64,000 bases of DNA, from the NCBI GenBank assembly GCA_963740115.1, contig CAVUCQ010000001.1, forward strand, positions 245,098 to 309,097, in the 5' to 3' direction. The notes beneath the pieces are model-generated. The model had not been told where the DNA came from and did not search any database. It saw nothing but the letters and a program-made list of their open reading frames with translations. The position numbers and the translations under genes were made by a program. Positions 54,309-63,985 of the stretch are shown here, piece by piece (the stretch's first letter is position 1; each line of letters opens with the position of its first letter). The stretch comes from an uncultured Actinomycetota bacterium. Lineage in GTDB: Bacteria > Actinomycetota > Actinomycetes > Propionibacteriales > Nocardioidaceae.

Positions 54309-57191
54309 ATGAAGCCGCTGACGTCGGACGGCAAGGCGATCACGCTCGACGACCTCGACGACCTCGACGAGGACTCGATCCTCGGCGCCGGCAAGGTCGA
54401 GGACTTCTCGTGGAAGGGCATCCTCGACTTCACGACCTGCACCGAGTGCGGTCGCTGCCAGTCGCAGTGCCCGGCCTGGAACACCGAGAAGCCGCTGTCG
54501 CCCAAGCTGCTGATCACGGCGCTGCGCGACCACGCGTACGCCAAGTCCGACCCCAATTCGGCCGACCACGAGGCCCACGCCGAGCGCCAGCTGGTCGGCG
54601 TCGGGTCCAAGGGCGAGAGCGCCGGCGCCGGCACCGACGTCCTCGACTACTTCTACAACCCGGCCGACGGCGACTTCGTCATCGACGAGGACGTGCTGTG
54701 GAGCTGCACCTCGTGCGGCGCCTGCGTCCAGCAGTGCCCGGTCGACATCGAGCACGTCGACCACATCATGGACATGCGGCGCTACCAGCTCCTGGTGGAG
54801 TCGAACTTCCCGGCCGAGCTCAACCAGCTCTTCAAGGGCCTGGAGAACAAGGGCAACCCGTGGAACATGTCCAGCACCGCGCGGATGGACTGGGCGAAGG
54901 GCCTCGACTTCGACGTGCCGGTCGTCGGCGAGGACCTGGAGTCCCTCGAGTCGGTCGACTGGCTGTTCTGGGTCGGCTGCGCGGGGGCGTACGAGGACCG
55001 CGCCAAGAAGACCACCCGCGCCGTCGCCGAGCTGCTCGACCTGGCCGGCGTCTCGTTCGGCGTGCTCGGCAACGGCGAGACCTGCACCGGTGACCCGGCC
55101 CGTCGCGCCGGCAACGAGTTCGTCTTCCAGGGCCTGGCCCAGCAGAACGTCGAGACCTTCCAGGAGTACAAGGTCAAGAAGGTCGTCTCGACCTGCGCCC
55201 ACTGCTTCAACACGCTCAAGAACGAGTACAAGGACTTCGGCATCGAGCTCGAGGTCGTCCACCACACCCAGCTGCTCAACCGGCTCGTGCGCGAGGGCAG
55301 GCTGACGCCGGTCAAGGACGGGGCGGGTGCCGCGAAGCGCTCGATCACCTACCACGACCCCTGCTACCTCGGCCGCCACAACGAGGTGTACTCGCCGCCG
55401 CGCGAGCTGCTGCAGGTGCTGCCCGGCGCCGAGGTCGTCGAGATGGAGCGCAACTCCGAGCGGTCCTTCTGCTGCGGCGCCGGTGGTGCGCGCATGTGGA
55501 TGGAGGAGAACCTCGGCGAGCGGATCAATGTCAACCGCACCAAGGAGGCCGTCGGCACCGGTGCCGACCAGATCGCGGTCGGCTGCCCGTTCTGCCGCGT
55601 GATGCTCTCCGACGGCCTGACCGCCCAGCAGGCCGCCGGTGAGGCCCGCGAGGAGGTCGAGGTCCTCGACGTCGCGCAGATGCTCCTCGCCTCGGTCAAG
55701 GGCGAGCAGGCGACCAGGGCCGCCCCCGGCTCGTCCCCCGCTGCTGCTCCCGCCGCTGCGGCCGTCGCCACGGACGTGGCCACCAAGGACGAGCCGGAGG
55801 CCGGTGACGTCACCGTCACCGACGACACCGTCACCGAGACCGCCGACGCCGGCCCGGCCGCCAAGGCCTCGGGCGGGTCGTCGCTCTTCGACACCCCGGC
55901 CCCCTCGCCAGAGGCTCCGGCGGTCGAGCCCGCCGCCACGCAGGCATCGGGTGGCTCCCTCTTCGACATGCCGGCCCCCTCGCCGGAGCCCGAGCCCGTG
56001 GCCGAGGACCGGAGGCTGGGGCGACCGGACGCGGCCCCGACACCTGCCGCCACCGAGCCGGCCGCCGCGAAGCCCGCTACGACCGAGCTCGGAGCCGGTG
56101 GGTCCCTCTTCGACCTGGGTACGCCGGACGAGCCCGCGGCCCCGACCAGCGGTGGCCCAGCAACCGAATCCGGGCCGGAGAAGGTTGCTGAGGCACCGCC
56201 CACGTCCGACCTCGGCAGCGGCGGGTCGCTCTTCGACATCGCGGCCCCCGAGCCGGCCGTCGCGAAGCCGGCCGTCGCGAAGCCCGCCACCGCTGAGCCC
56301 GTTGCCGCAGAGCCTGTCGCCGCGGAGCCAGAGCCGGAGTCCGTGACGTCCGACGAAGCGGCCGCTCCGACGACCGGTGCGTCACACGTCCCGGCCACGA
56401 GCGGTACGACCTCCACCCCGACCACCGCAACCGATCTGTCGAGCCTCGGCTCGCTGTTCGACCTCGAGGCCTCGGCCACCGCCGAGGCCGCGCCGGTGGC
56501 TTCGGCTCCCGAGCCTGAGCCTGCCGCCCAGGCCGAGGACCCCGAGACGGTCCTGGACGCCGACGACGAGCCGGAGGCGGAAGCCGCGGTTCCGGGGCCC
56601 GAGCCAGCCGCCGCGCCCAGCGGTGAGCCAGCCACCGAACCGACACCCGAGAAGGTGGCTGACGCACCGCCCACGAGCGCGACGGCTTCGACCCCGGCCA
56701 CCGACCTCGACCTCGGCAACCTGGGCTCGCTGTTCGACATCACCGCTCCCGAGGTGGAGGCCACCCCGGAGATGGCGTCCGCGACAACGGAACCTGCTGC
56801 AGAGCCCGAGCCGAGCCCGGAGCCCGAGGCCGAGCCGAGCCCGGAGCCCGAGCCCGAGGCCAGCGCTCCGGAGCCGGCGGCCAGCGCTCCCCCGAGCGGG
56901 GCCGACCTCAGCCGTGCGGCGCTGTTCGCCGACCCCGACGGAACGCCTGAGGCGCCTGCGGCCGAGGTCCCGGTCGAGAGCTCGACCGACGCATCAGTGG
57001 AGGAGCCGGCTGCGCCCGTGGAGGATCCGGACACGATCCTGGACTCCGACGATGCAACGGACGACGCGGACACCGTCGAGAAGGCGGAGGAGAAGCCCGC
57101 GGAAGAGAAGCCCGCTTCCTCCGACACTCCCGGACACGCGCCGCGTACGGACGTCGACATCAGCGAATCGGGCTCCTTGTTCGACCTCTGA
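54309..57191 (+). CDS. (Fe-S)-binding oxidoreductase (heterodisulfide-reductase/GlpC-like: 2x4Fe-4S + two CCG domains) with ~500-aa disordered tail
   Basis: Motifs: CTECGRCQSQCP and CTSCGACVQQCP. CCG-type motifs: WVGCAG...CTGDP and CAHCFNTL...HDPCYLGR...CCGAGG...GCPFC. The homologue is normally fused to the upstream membrane domain. An Ala/Pro/Glu-rich tail runs from ~55700 on. Confidence 0.85.
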   Translation: MKPLTSDGKAITLDDLDDLDEDSILGAGKVEDFSWKGILDFTTCTECGRCQSQCPAWNTEKPLSPKLLITALRDHAYAKSDPNSADHEAHAERQLVGVGSKGESAGAGTDVLDYFYNPADGDFVIDEDVLWSCTSCGACVQQCPVDIEHVDHIMDMRRYQLLVESNFPAELNQLFKGLENKGNPWNMSSTARMDWAKGLDFDVPVVGEDLESLESVDWLFWVGCAGAYEDRAKKTTRAVAELLDLAGVSFGVLGNGETCTGDPARRAGNEFVFQGLAQQNVETFQEYKVKKVVSTCAHCFNTLKNEYKDFGIELEVVHHTQLLNRLVREGRLTPVKDGAGAAKRSITYHDPCYLGRHNEVYSPPRELLQVLPGAEVVEMERNSERSFCCGAGGARMWMEENLGERINVNRTKEAVGTGADQIAVGCPFCRVMLSDGLTAQQAAGEAREEVEVLDVAQMLLASVKGEQATRAAPGSSPAAAPAAAAVATDVATKDEPEAGDVTVTDDTVTETADAGPAAKASGGSSLFDTPAPSPEAPAVEPAATQASGGSLFDMPAPSPEPEPVAEDRRLGRPDAAPTPAATEPAAAKPATTELGAGGSLFDLGTPDEPAAPTSGGPATESGPEKVAEAPPTSDLGSGGSLFDIAAPEPAVAKPAVAKPATAEPVAAEPVAAEPEPESVTSDEAAAPTTGASHVPATSGTTSTPTTATDLSSLGSLFDLEASATAEAAPVASAPEPEPAAQAEDPETVLDADDEPEAEAAVPGPEPAAAPSGEPATEPTPEKVADAPPTSATASTPATDLDLGNLGSLFDITAPEVEATPEMASATTEPAAEPEPSPEPEAEPSPEPEPEASAPEPAASAPPSGADLSRAALFADPDGTPEAPAAEVPVESSTDASVEEPAAPVEDPDTILDSDDATDDADTVEKAEEKPAEEKPASSDTPGHAPRTDVDISESGSLFDL

Positions 57192-57200
57192 TCGACATCC

Positions 57201-57310
57201 TGTGCACGCCGCACCCGCCGACCTGTCGCTTGTGCACGCTCAAGCACCTGCGCAAAGCGCACAGCGTCAACTCGGCACCTTCCCGCTGCGCACAAGCGTC
57301 AGCTCGGCAC
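57201..57310. repeat. second locus of the palindromic repeat family (direct-type copies followed by inverted-type copies)
   Basis: tgtcGCTTGTGCACgc at 57224-57239. gcgCACAgCGTCAaCTCGGCACCtTc at 57258-57283. tgcgCACAAGCGTCAGCTCGGCAC at 57287-57310. Confidence 0.75.
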
Positions 57311-57337
57311 GCAGGTTGACGTCAGCTCGACGGCGCG

Positions 57338-57411
57338 GTGACGTCATTCGATGTCACTTGATGCTTGACATGACATCACAGTGATGTCATGGTGGTGCAC
57401 ATGGACATCAC
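57338..57411. promoter_or_regulatory. candidate promoter/operator: TTGACA hexamer plus repeated GTGA(C/T)GTCA / GACATCAC half-sites
   Basis: GTGACGTCAT at 57338-57347. TTGACA at 57365-57370. A perfect inverted repeat, GACATCAC a GTGATGTC, at 57372-57388. A third GACATCAC at 57404-57411, just inside the ORF. The region is locally AT-richer than its surroundings. Confidence 0.5.
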
Positions 57412-57946
57412 CCCCTACGTCGACACCCTCCGCCGCGACCTCGTCGCCGCGGCCGAGGCGGGCAGCGACGACCTCAAGCAGGCGGCCGAGCGGTTGGCGT
57501 ACGCCCTCGACCCCAGCGCCCGCCTGGCGCTGATGGAGGCCATCTCCCACGCCGCGGCCGAGATCACCGCCGAGCTCCCCGACGGCAGCGTCGACGTCCG
57601 TCTGGTGGGTCGCGAGCTCGACTTCGTCGTCGAGATCGCCCCGCCGGCCGCGATGCCCGCGCCGCCTCCGCCGCCCCCGGCGCCGCCGGTCCCCGAGGAG
57701 GACGACGGCGACCTCGCCCGGATCACCCTCCGGATCCCCGAGGCCGTCAAGGCCAGGGCCGAGGAGAAGGCCGCCGCGGCCGGGCAGAGCCTCAACACCT
57801 GGATGGTCGGCCTGGTCCGCAACGCGACCAACGAGCACGCCATCAACGTCGACATCGACCTGAGCAGCATCCCGTTCGTCGGCTACGACCCCTTCGCCGC
57901 CAACCGCAAGCAGGGCAACAACCGCCGGATGACCGGCTGGCTCTGA
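57401..57946 (+). CDS. ribbon-helix-helix (Arc/HicB-like) domain protein
   Basis: Either the ATG at 57401 (MDITPYVDTLRRDL...) or the track start at 57389. Motif: ...DLARITLRIPEAVKARAEEKAAAAGQSLNTWMVGLV..., with a poly-Pro linker. Confidence 0.7.
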   Translation: MDITPYVDTLRRDLVAAAEAGSDDLKQAAERLAYALDPSARLALMEAISHAAAEITAELPDGSVDVRLVGRELDFVVEIAPPAAMPAPPPPPPAPPVPEEDDGDLARITLRIPEAVKARAEEKAAAAGQSLNTWMVGLVRNATNEHAINVDIDLSSIPFVGYDPFAANRKQGNNRRMTGWL

Positions 57947-58058
57947 CCTGACGCACCGGCCGGTCCGACCGGCCACCACCCACACCCACCGCTCACAGCG
58001 GACCGGCACCGGCCGGCCCGTCGGACGAACACACCCCGAGACGAGACTGGAGACACCG

Positions 58059-58907
58059 ATGAGCCAGCAGCTGGACGTCGCCTTCGACACCCCCGAGCCG
58101 ATCGACCTCTACGTCGAGAACGGACGCGGCCGCGTCGTCGTCACCGCCACCGCCACCACCGAGACCACGGTCCACATCACCGGCGAGCGGGCCGAGGAGT
58201 ACGACGTCCGCGACCTCGCCGACGGCCACGGTCCGCGCCGGATCGCGATCATCGCCCCGTCCCGCTCGGGCGGCATCTTCGGCAAGGACCCGCGCGCCGA
58301 GATCGTCGTCGAGGTGCCGGTCGCGAGCGGCCTCGCGGCCAAGGTCGGCAGCAGCGACGTCACCACCCACGGCCGGTTCGCCGACACCCACGTGGAGACC
58401 GGCTCGGGCGACGTCTCCCTCGACGTCGTCGACGGCGCCACCGTCGTGCAGTCGGGTTCCGGTGACCTCGTCGCGGAGCACCTCGCCGGGGACGGACGCA
58501 TCAAGTCCGGCTCGGGCGACATCCGCGTCAACCGCGCCGACTCCGACCTCCTGGTCACGACGGGCAGCGGCGACGTACGCATCGAGGGCGCGCGCGGTGA
58601 GCTGGCCATCAAGACCGGCTCCGGCGACGTCCAGGTGCGCACGCTGGCCGGCGAGGTGGTCTTCACCACCGGGTCGGGCGACCTGGTGATCGCCGAGGCA
58701 GCGTCCGGCCGCGTCACCGCCAAGACCGCGAGCGGCGACGTGCGGATCGGCGTGGTGGCCGGTACGCCGGTGTGGACCGACGTCCGCACCGCGAGCGGAC
58801 GGCTCTCCTCCGACCTTCCCGCCACCGGCGAGCCCGCCGCCGACCAGCCCTTCCTCGAGGTCCGTGCCACCACGGCCTCGGGCGACGTCACCCTCCACCA
58901 GAGCTGA
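58059..58907 (+). CDS. DUF4097 family beta-helix protein (putative adhesin-like)
   Basis: 282 aa with at least 9 periodic G(S/T)GD(V/L/I) repeats (ETGSGDVSLD, QSGSGDLVAE, KSGSGDIRVN, TTGSGDVRIE, KTGSGDVQVR, TTGSGDLVIA, KTASGDVRIG, TTASGDVTLH). Confidence 0.8.
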   Translation: MSQQLDVAFDTPEPIDLYVENGRGRVVVTATATTETTVHITGERAEEYDVRDLADGHGPRRIAIIAPSRSGGIFGKDPRAEIVVEVPVASGLAAKVGSSDVTTHGRFADTHVETGSGDVSLDVVDGATVVQSGSGDLVAEHLAGDGRIKSGSGDIRVNRADSDLLVTTGSGDVRIEGARGELAIKTGSGDVQVRTLAGEVVFTTGSGDLVIAEAASGRVTAKTASGDVRIGVVAGTPVWTDVRTASGRLSSDLPATGEPAADQPFLEVRATTASGDVTLHQS

Positions 58908-58947
58908 AGCCACTCCCGTGCACGACCCACACGAAAGGAGCACGACC

Positions 58948-59043
58948 ATGTACGAATCGCTCACCGACATCGAGCTCATCGCACGTCACCGCATCGCCGA
59001 GCGCGTGCGCTACTCCCCCCGCGCCCCCAAGAAGCACCGCTGA
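58948..59043 (+). CDS. 31-aa basic small ORF
   Basis: An AAAGGAG RBS lies 7 nt before the ATG at 58948. Translation: MYESLTDIELIARHRIAERVRYSPRAPKKHR*. It is not in the ORF track (below the length cutoff). Confidence 0.35.
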   Translation: MYESLTDIELIARHRIAERVRYSPRAPKKHR

Positions 59044-59076
59044 ACCACCCGGAGGGGCGCCGCGGTCAGGACCCGG

Positions 59077-60015
59077 TCAGGACTTCATGGCCACGCCGCG
59101 GCGCCAGTACCCCATGAACGCCACCTGGCTGCGGTCGAAGCCGAGCTCGTTGACCAGGTGCCGGCGCAGCCCGGTGACCACCTTCGACTCCCCCGCGATC
59201 CAGGCGTACGTGCCACCGGCGCCGACCACGTCGCCCGGCACCTCCTCTCCCGAGGAGGAGTAGAACGGCGTCTCCCAGAGGTCCGGATCGACCTCGTCGG
59301 CGGCCACGTCGACCGTGGCCCCCGGGATCCCCAGGTGGGCCACCACCGCGTCGTGCAGGCCCACTCCGAGATCGGCGGCCTCGCGGGCCAGCCAGACGAC
59401 GTCGACACCGGCAGGAGCGCGTACGCCCTGCACGTCGGCCGCCACCGGGACCTCGAGGAAGACCTTGCCGCGGGCGTCCTCGGGCAGCTGCTCGAGGATC
59501 GTGCAGATCGCCGGCACCGCCGTCTCGTCACCGACCAGCAGCAGGTCGGCGCCGGGCGCCGGTGTGAACTCGATCCCGCCGTAGGGGTAGCCACGGCGCG
59601 GCGCCAGCACCACGAGGCGGTCGCCCGGGACCGCCTTCGAGGCCCACGTCGAGCCCGGTCCGACGAGGTCGCCCTCGAGGTGGAGCACCATGTCGACGAC
59701 GAAGGTCGTGTCCTCGCCGGTCCCGCGGACGTCGCGGATCGTGTACGTCCGCATGTGGCCACGCTCGGACGCGGGGCGGTCGAGCCAGGTCGCCAGCCAG
59801 GACTCGTCGGCGCCCTCGGTCGAGGTCATCCCCCCGGTCTCGGGATCGGGGAAGATCAGCTTGATCCGCTGGTCGTAGCGTGCGCCGTCGACGCCGAAGT
59901 CGGCCAGGTCGGGCCCGCCGAGCCCGACGCGGACGAACGTCGGGCTCAACCGCTCGACGGAGACGACCTCGACGTCGGCGAGCAGCATGGGCAGGACGGA
60001 AGCGGTCACGGTCAT
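59077..60015 (-). CDS. siderophore-interacting protein (FAD-binding ferric-siderophore reductase family)
   Basis: The ATG at 60015 overlaps the ATPase stop. Translation: MTVTASVLPMLLADVEVVSVERLSPTFVRVGLGG...MRTYTIRDV...LLLVGDETAVPAI...YAWIAGESKVVTGLRRHLV. Confidence 0.85.
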   Translation of the reverse strand: MTVTASVLPMLLADVEVVSVERLSPTFVRVGLGGPDLADFGVDGARYDQRIKLIFPDPETGGMTSTEGADESWLATWLDRPASERGHMRTYTIRDVRGTGEDTTFVVDMVLHLEGDLVGPGSTWASKAVPGDRLVVLAPRRGYPYGGIEFTPAPGADLLLVGDETAVPAICTILEQLPEDARGKVFLEVPVAADVQGVRAPAGVDVVWLAREAADLGVGLHDAVVAHLGIPGATVDVAADEVDPDLWETPFYSSSGEEVPGDVVGAGGTYAWIAGESKVVTGLRRHLVNELGFDRSQVAFMGYWRRGVAMKS

Positions 60016-60859
60016 CGGTTCTCCTGGGTGGCGGTCGGGGCCTGGCGGCACCCGTGGCGGCCCACGGGGATCACGAGCGGGGTGTGCGACACGGGGTCGT
60101 CGATCACGCGGTTGTCGAGGCCGAAGACGGTCCGTACGACGTCCTCGGTGACCACCTCGCGCGGCGTCCCCTCGGCCACGATCCGGCCGGTGTGCAGCGC
60201 GACCAGGTGGTCGGCGTAGCGGGCCGAGAGGTTGAGGTCGTGCAGCACCATCACGATGGTGGTGCCGCGCCGGACGTTGAGCTCGGCGAGCAGGTCGAGC
60301 ATCTCGACCTGGTGGGCGACGTCGAGGTAGGTCGTCGGCTCGTCGAGCAGCAGCAGGTCGGTGCCCTGGGCCAGCGCCATGGCGATCCAGACACGCTGGC
60401 GCTGGCCTCCGGAGAGCTCGTCGACCACGCGGTCGGCCAGGCCGATCGTGTCGGTGAGGGTGAGCGCCTCGGCCACCGCCTGCTCGTCCTCGCTCGTCCA
60501 TCGTCCGAACGCGCCGTGGTGCGGGTGCCGGCCGCGGCCGACGAGGTCAGACCGGTGACGCCCTCGGGGGCGATCGGGTTCTGCGGCAGCAGGCCAAGGG
60601 TGCGGGCGACCTGCTTGGTCGGGAGCCGGTGGATGGCCTCGCCGTCCAGCAGCACTGCACCCGAGCGGGGCCGCAGGAGCCGGGCCAGGCCCCGCAGGAG
60701 CGTGGACTTGCCGCAGGCGTTGGCACCGACGATGACGGTGACCTTGCCGTGCGGGACCTGCAGGTCCAGGTCGCGTACGACGGCGGTGTCGGTGTAGCCG
60801 AGCGTCAGGGCGCTCGCCTCCAGCCGGGCGGTCGTGGAATCTGTGGCGGTGGCGGTCAT
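60012..60859 (-). pseudogene. iron-siderophore ABC transporter ATP-binding protein (FepC/FecE-like), frameshifted at ~60553
   Basis: N-terminal frame: [62 protein letters not shown]...[14 protein letters not shown]-terminal frame: [25 protein letters not shown]...[32 protein letters not shown].... The junction is in gtcaccggtctgacc (minus-strand sense). Confidence 0.85.
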
Positions 60860-61920
60860 GCCGCCCTCCTTCCGGTGCGGCCGCGGGCGAGCAGCCAGAG
60901 CAGGAACGGCGCGCCGAAGGCGCCGGTGACGACGCCGACGGGCAGGTTGAGGTCGGCGAAGGCGTAGGCACCGACGTAGTCCCCGGCCAGCACGATCACC
61001 GCACCGACGAGCCCGGCGGCGAGCAGCGTCGTACGTCCGCCGTTGAGGGCGCGCGCGATCGGCCCGGACAGGAAGGCGACGAACGCGACGGGACCGGCCG
61101 CGGCAACACCGACCGCGACGAGCAGCACGCCGAGCAGCATCAGCAGGTCGGTCCGGCCGCGCCCCACCCCCAGCCCGCGGGCGGTGTCGTCGCCGAGCTC
61201 GGTGACCTTCAGGGAGCGGGCGGCCCATGCCGTGGCGGGCAGCAGCACAGCGAGGACCGCGGCGAGCAGTCCGATGGTCGGCCAGGCGACGCCGTTGACG
61301 CTGCCGGTGAGCCAGCGCAGCACCAGCTGGACGTCCCACTCGTCGACGCGGGTGAAGACGTACTGGATCACCGACTGCATGGCCGCGGCGAGGCCGATGC
61401 CGGCCAGGACGAGCCGGAAGCCTCCGTGGTCCCCGGCGACGGCCCGCACCAGGAGGGCGACTCCGACGGCTCCGGCCACCGCGGCCAGGGAGACCGCCGA
61501 CCCGGTCCACCCGGCGAGCGCGACCGCGGACACCGCCGCTGCACTCGCGCCGAGGCTCACGCCGACGATGTCGGGGCTGGCGAGCGGGTTGCGCAGGGTG
61601 GTCTGGAAGATCGCTCCGCCGATGCCGAAGGCCATGCCGACGAGCACCGCGAGCACGGCCCGCGGGAGCTTGGACTCCATCACGATGTAGGTGGCGCCGG
61701 GAATCTGCTCCCCGCCGAGGATGCGCACGAAGTCGGGGATGGTGACGGTGTAGTCGCCCAGGAGAACCCGCGCGGCGAACGCGACCAGCACGACGAGGAC
61801 GAGGCCCGAAACGAGGCGGCGGTGGTGCCGGATCGGCGCCCGCCGGGCCCGGCGTACGACGTCGGCGGCGTCGCGGGTCGGGGGTGGGGCCGTCACGGGC
61901 GGATCGATGGTCACGGTCAC
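60856..61920 (-). CDS. iron-siderophore ABC transporter permease (FecCD family)
   Basis: 354 aa, polytopic. C-terminus: ...[16 protein letters not shown]. Confidence 0.9.
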   Translation of the reverse strand: MTVTIDPPVTAPPPTRDAADVVRRARRAPIRHHRRLVSGLVLVVLVAFAARVLLGDYTVTIPDFVRILGGEQIPGATYIVMESKLPRAVLAVLVGMAFGIGGAIFQTTLRNPLASPDIVGVSLGASAAAVSAVALAGWTGSAVSLAAVAGAVGVALLVRAVAGDHGGFRLVLAGIGLAAAMQSVIQYVFTRVDEWDVQLVLRWLTGSVNGVAWPTIGLLAAVLAVLLPATAWAARSLKVTELGDDTARGLGVGRGRTDLLMLLGVLLVAVGVAAAGPVAFVAFLSGPIARALNGGRTTLLAAGLVGAVIVLAGDYVGAYAFADLNLPVGVVTGAFGAPFLLWLLARGRTGRRAA

Positions 61921-62951
61921 AACGCCCTCCCGGTGCGCCGGATGAGGGCGAGGAAGACGGGCACCCCGACGACGGCGGCCATGATGCCCACCTGCACCTC
62001 CGAGGGCGGCAGCACGACACGGCCGACGGTGTCGGCGACGACCACCAGCGCAGCACCGGCCAGCATCGAGAACGGCAGGACCCGCGCGTAGTCGGGACCG
62101 ACGAGGCTGCGGACGACGTGCGGCACGACCAGGCCGACGAAGGCGATCGGTCCGGCGAGGGCGGTGGCGGTGCCGGCCAGCAGCACGATGGCCAGGGCGA
62201 TGACGAGCCGGTCGCGCGTCGTACGTCGGCCCAGCCCGCGGGCCAGGTCGTCGCCCAGGGCGAGCGTGTTGAGCAGCCGGGCGCCGGTCAGCGCGAGCAG
62301 CGCGCCGACGACGAGGAACGGGAGGCCGGTCAGGAGCACCTCGAACCCGCGACCGCCGATGGTGCCGACCTGCCAGAAGCGGAAGGACTCCATCGTCTTG
62401 CGGTCCGCCAGCAGCAGGCCGGTGGTCCAGCTGGCGAGGCCGGCCGTGAGGGCGGCACCCGTGATCGCCAGCTTCATCGGCGTGGCCCCGTCCCGACCGA
62501 GCGAGGCGATGGCATGGACGAGGACGGCTGCAGCGGCAGCCCCCAGGAACGCCATCGGCAGGAACTGGCCCATGGAGGTGAGGCCGAGGGCCGTCATGCC
62601 GATGACCATCGCGAAGGTCGCTCCGGCGTTGACGCCGAGGATGCCCGGGTCGGCCAGCGGGTTGCGGGTCAGCCCCTGCATGAGGGCACCCGCGAGGCCG
62701 AGGGCCGCGCCGACCGCGAAGCCGAGGACGGTGCGCTCGAGGCGCACCTGCACGATCGGGTGCAACGGGTGGCTGGGGTCCCAGACCGCCTCGAGCGGCA
62801 CGGCGCGGGCGCCGACGAGCAGCGAGAGCACCCCCGCACCGGCCAGCACCGCGACGGCGATCGCGGCGCTGACCGGCAGGGCGGGACGACGTGCCGGGCC
62901 TCCCCCGTGGGGCGCGGTCACGTCCTCCCGGCTCGGGACCAGAGTGGTCAT
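61917..62951 (-). CDS. iron-siderophore ABC transporter permease (FecCD family)
   Basis: 344 aa. Motifs: ...[18 protein letters not shown]...[15 protein letters not shown]. Confidence 0.9.
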   Translation of the reverse strand: MTTLVPSREDVTAPHGGGPARRPALPVSAAIAVAVLAGAGVLSLLVGARAVPLEAVWDPSHPLHPIVQVRLERTVLGFAVGAALGLAGALMQGLTRNPLADPGILGVNAGATFAMVIGMTALGLTSMGQFLPMAFLGAAAAAVLVHAIASLGRDGATPMKLAITGAALTAGLASWTTGLLLADRKTMESFRFWQVGTIGGRGFEVLLTGLPFLVVGALLALTGARLLNTLALGDDLARGLGRRTTRDRLVIALAIVLLAGTATALAGPIAFVGLVVPHVVRSLVGPDYARVLPFSMLAGAALVVVADTVGRVVLPPSEVQVGIMAAVVGVPVFLALIRRTGRAL

Positions 62952-63985
62952 GCTCCGGTGATGGCCTCGACGACGTTGGGCAGGAAGTCGCTGACGATCA
63001 CCGGGATCGACAGCGGGGTGGGGTTGGTGGAGGCCATGGCGTTCGCCTTGTCGGTCTCGGCGTACCAGTGGCCATCGGCGATCGCGGGGATCTTGCCGAG
63101 CAGCTTGTCGTTGGAGATCGTCTCGACACTGTCGGGGCTGTCGACCCAGGTGAGGAAGACGTCCGACTCGAGGTCGCTGGCCTTCTCGGCCGAGACCATG
63201 CCGTAGAACTCGCCGGGCTTGATCGCCTCGGCGACCGCCGGGGCGTCGACCATGCCGAAGTCACGCAGGATCGACACGCGCGGGTCCTCGGGGGCGTACA
63301 TGCCGATGGTGGAGAGGTCGGTGGCGGCGAGGTATCCGTAGATCAGCTCGGCGCCCTGGAGCTCGGGGTTGTCGGCCTTGGCCTGCTCGATGGTGTCCTC
63401 GGTGTCCGCCCGGACCTCCTCGGCCAGAGCCGTGCGGCCCAGCGCCTCGCCGACCATCTCGAGCGAGGTCTGCCAGTTGGTGGTCCACGGGTTCTCGGGG
63501 TACGCCACGACCGGGGCGATCTTGGAGAGCTTGGCGTACTCCTCCTCGGTGACGCCGGAGTTGGTGGCGAGGATCAGGTCGGGCGCGAGCTCGGCGATCT
63601 CGTCGATCGGAGCGCCGTCCGCGTCGTCGTAGCGCACGGGCGCCTCGGCGCCGGCCTCCTCGATCGCGGCGTCGAACCACTCGGTCGACCCGGCCTCGTT
63701 GCCGCCCCACGTGATCTTGGTGGCGCCGACCGGGACCACGCCCAGCGCGAGGGCGTGGTCGTGGTCGGTCCAGCCGAGGGTGGCCACGCGGGAGGGCTCG
63801 GACTCGATGGTCGTCTCACCGAGGGCGTGCTCGATGGTCACCGGAAACGCATCGGCGTCCGCGGTGGTCGTGGCCGTCGGCTCGGCGGCCGTGTCGGCGC
63901 TGGTGGAGCCGGTGCTGCAGCCGGTGAGGGCGGCGACGAGGAGGGAGGCCGCGGCCAGGGGCGCGGCGAGGGTTCGCTTCATCAA
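62948..63985 (-). CDS. siderophore-binding lipoprotein (ABC substrate-binding, FepB/FhuD-like)
   Basis: Lipobox: MMKRTLAAPLAAASLLVAALTGCSTG. Motif: ...RVATLGWTDHDHALALGVVPVG.... Confidence 0.9.
   Translation of the reverse strand: MMKRTLAAPLAAASLLVAALTGCSTGSTSADTAAEPTATTTADADAFPVTIEHALGETTIESEPSRVATLGWTDHDHALALGVVPVGATKITWGGNEAGSTEWFDAAIEEAGAEAPVRYDDADGAPIDEIAELAPDLILATNSGVTEEEYAKLSKIAPVVAYPENPWTTNWQTSLEMVGEALGRTALAEEVRADTEDTIEQAKADNPELQGAELIYGYLAATDLSTIGMYAPEDPRVSILRDFGMVDAPAVAEAIKPGEFYGMVSAEKASDLESDVFLTWVDSPDSVETISNDKLLGKIPAIADGHWYAETDKANAMASTNPTPLSIPVIVSDFLPNVVEAITGA

Noticed and set aside
55364-57295. 643-aa minus-strand ORF rich in Ser/Ala/Gly
   Set aside because: It is antisense to the Ala/Pro/Glu-rich tail of the Fe-S oxidoreductase. 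The forward frame carries the conserved GSLFD repeats and high GC3, so that frame is the coding one.
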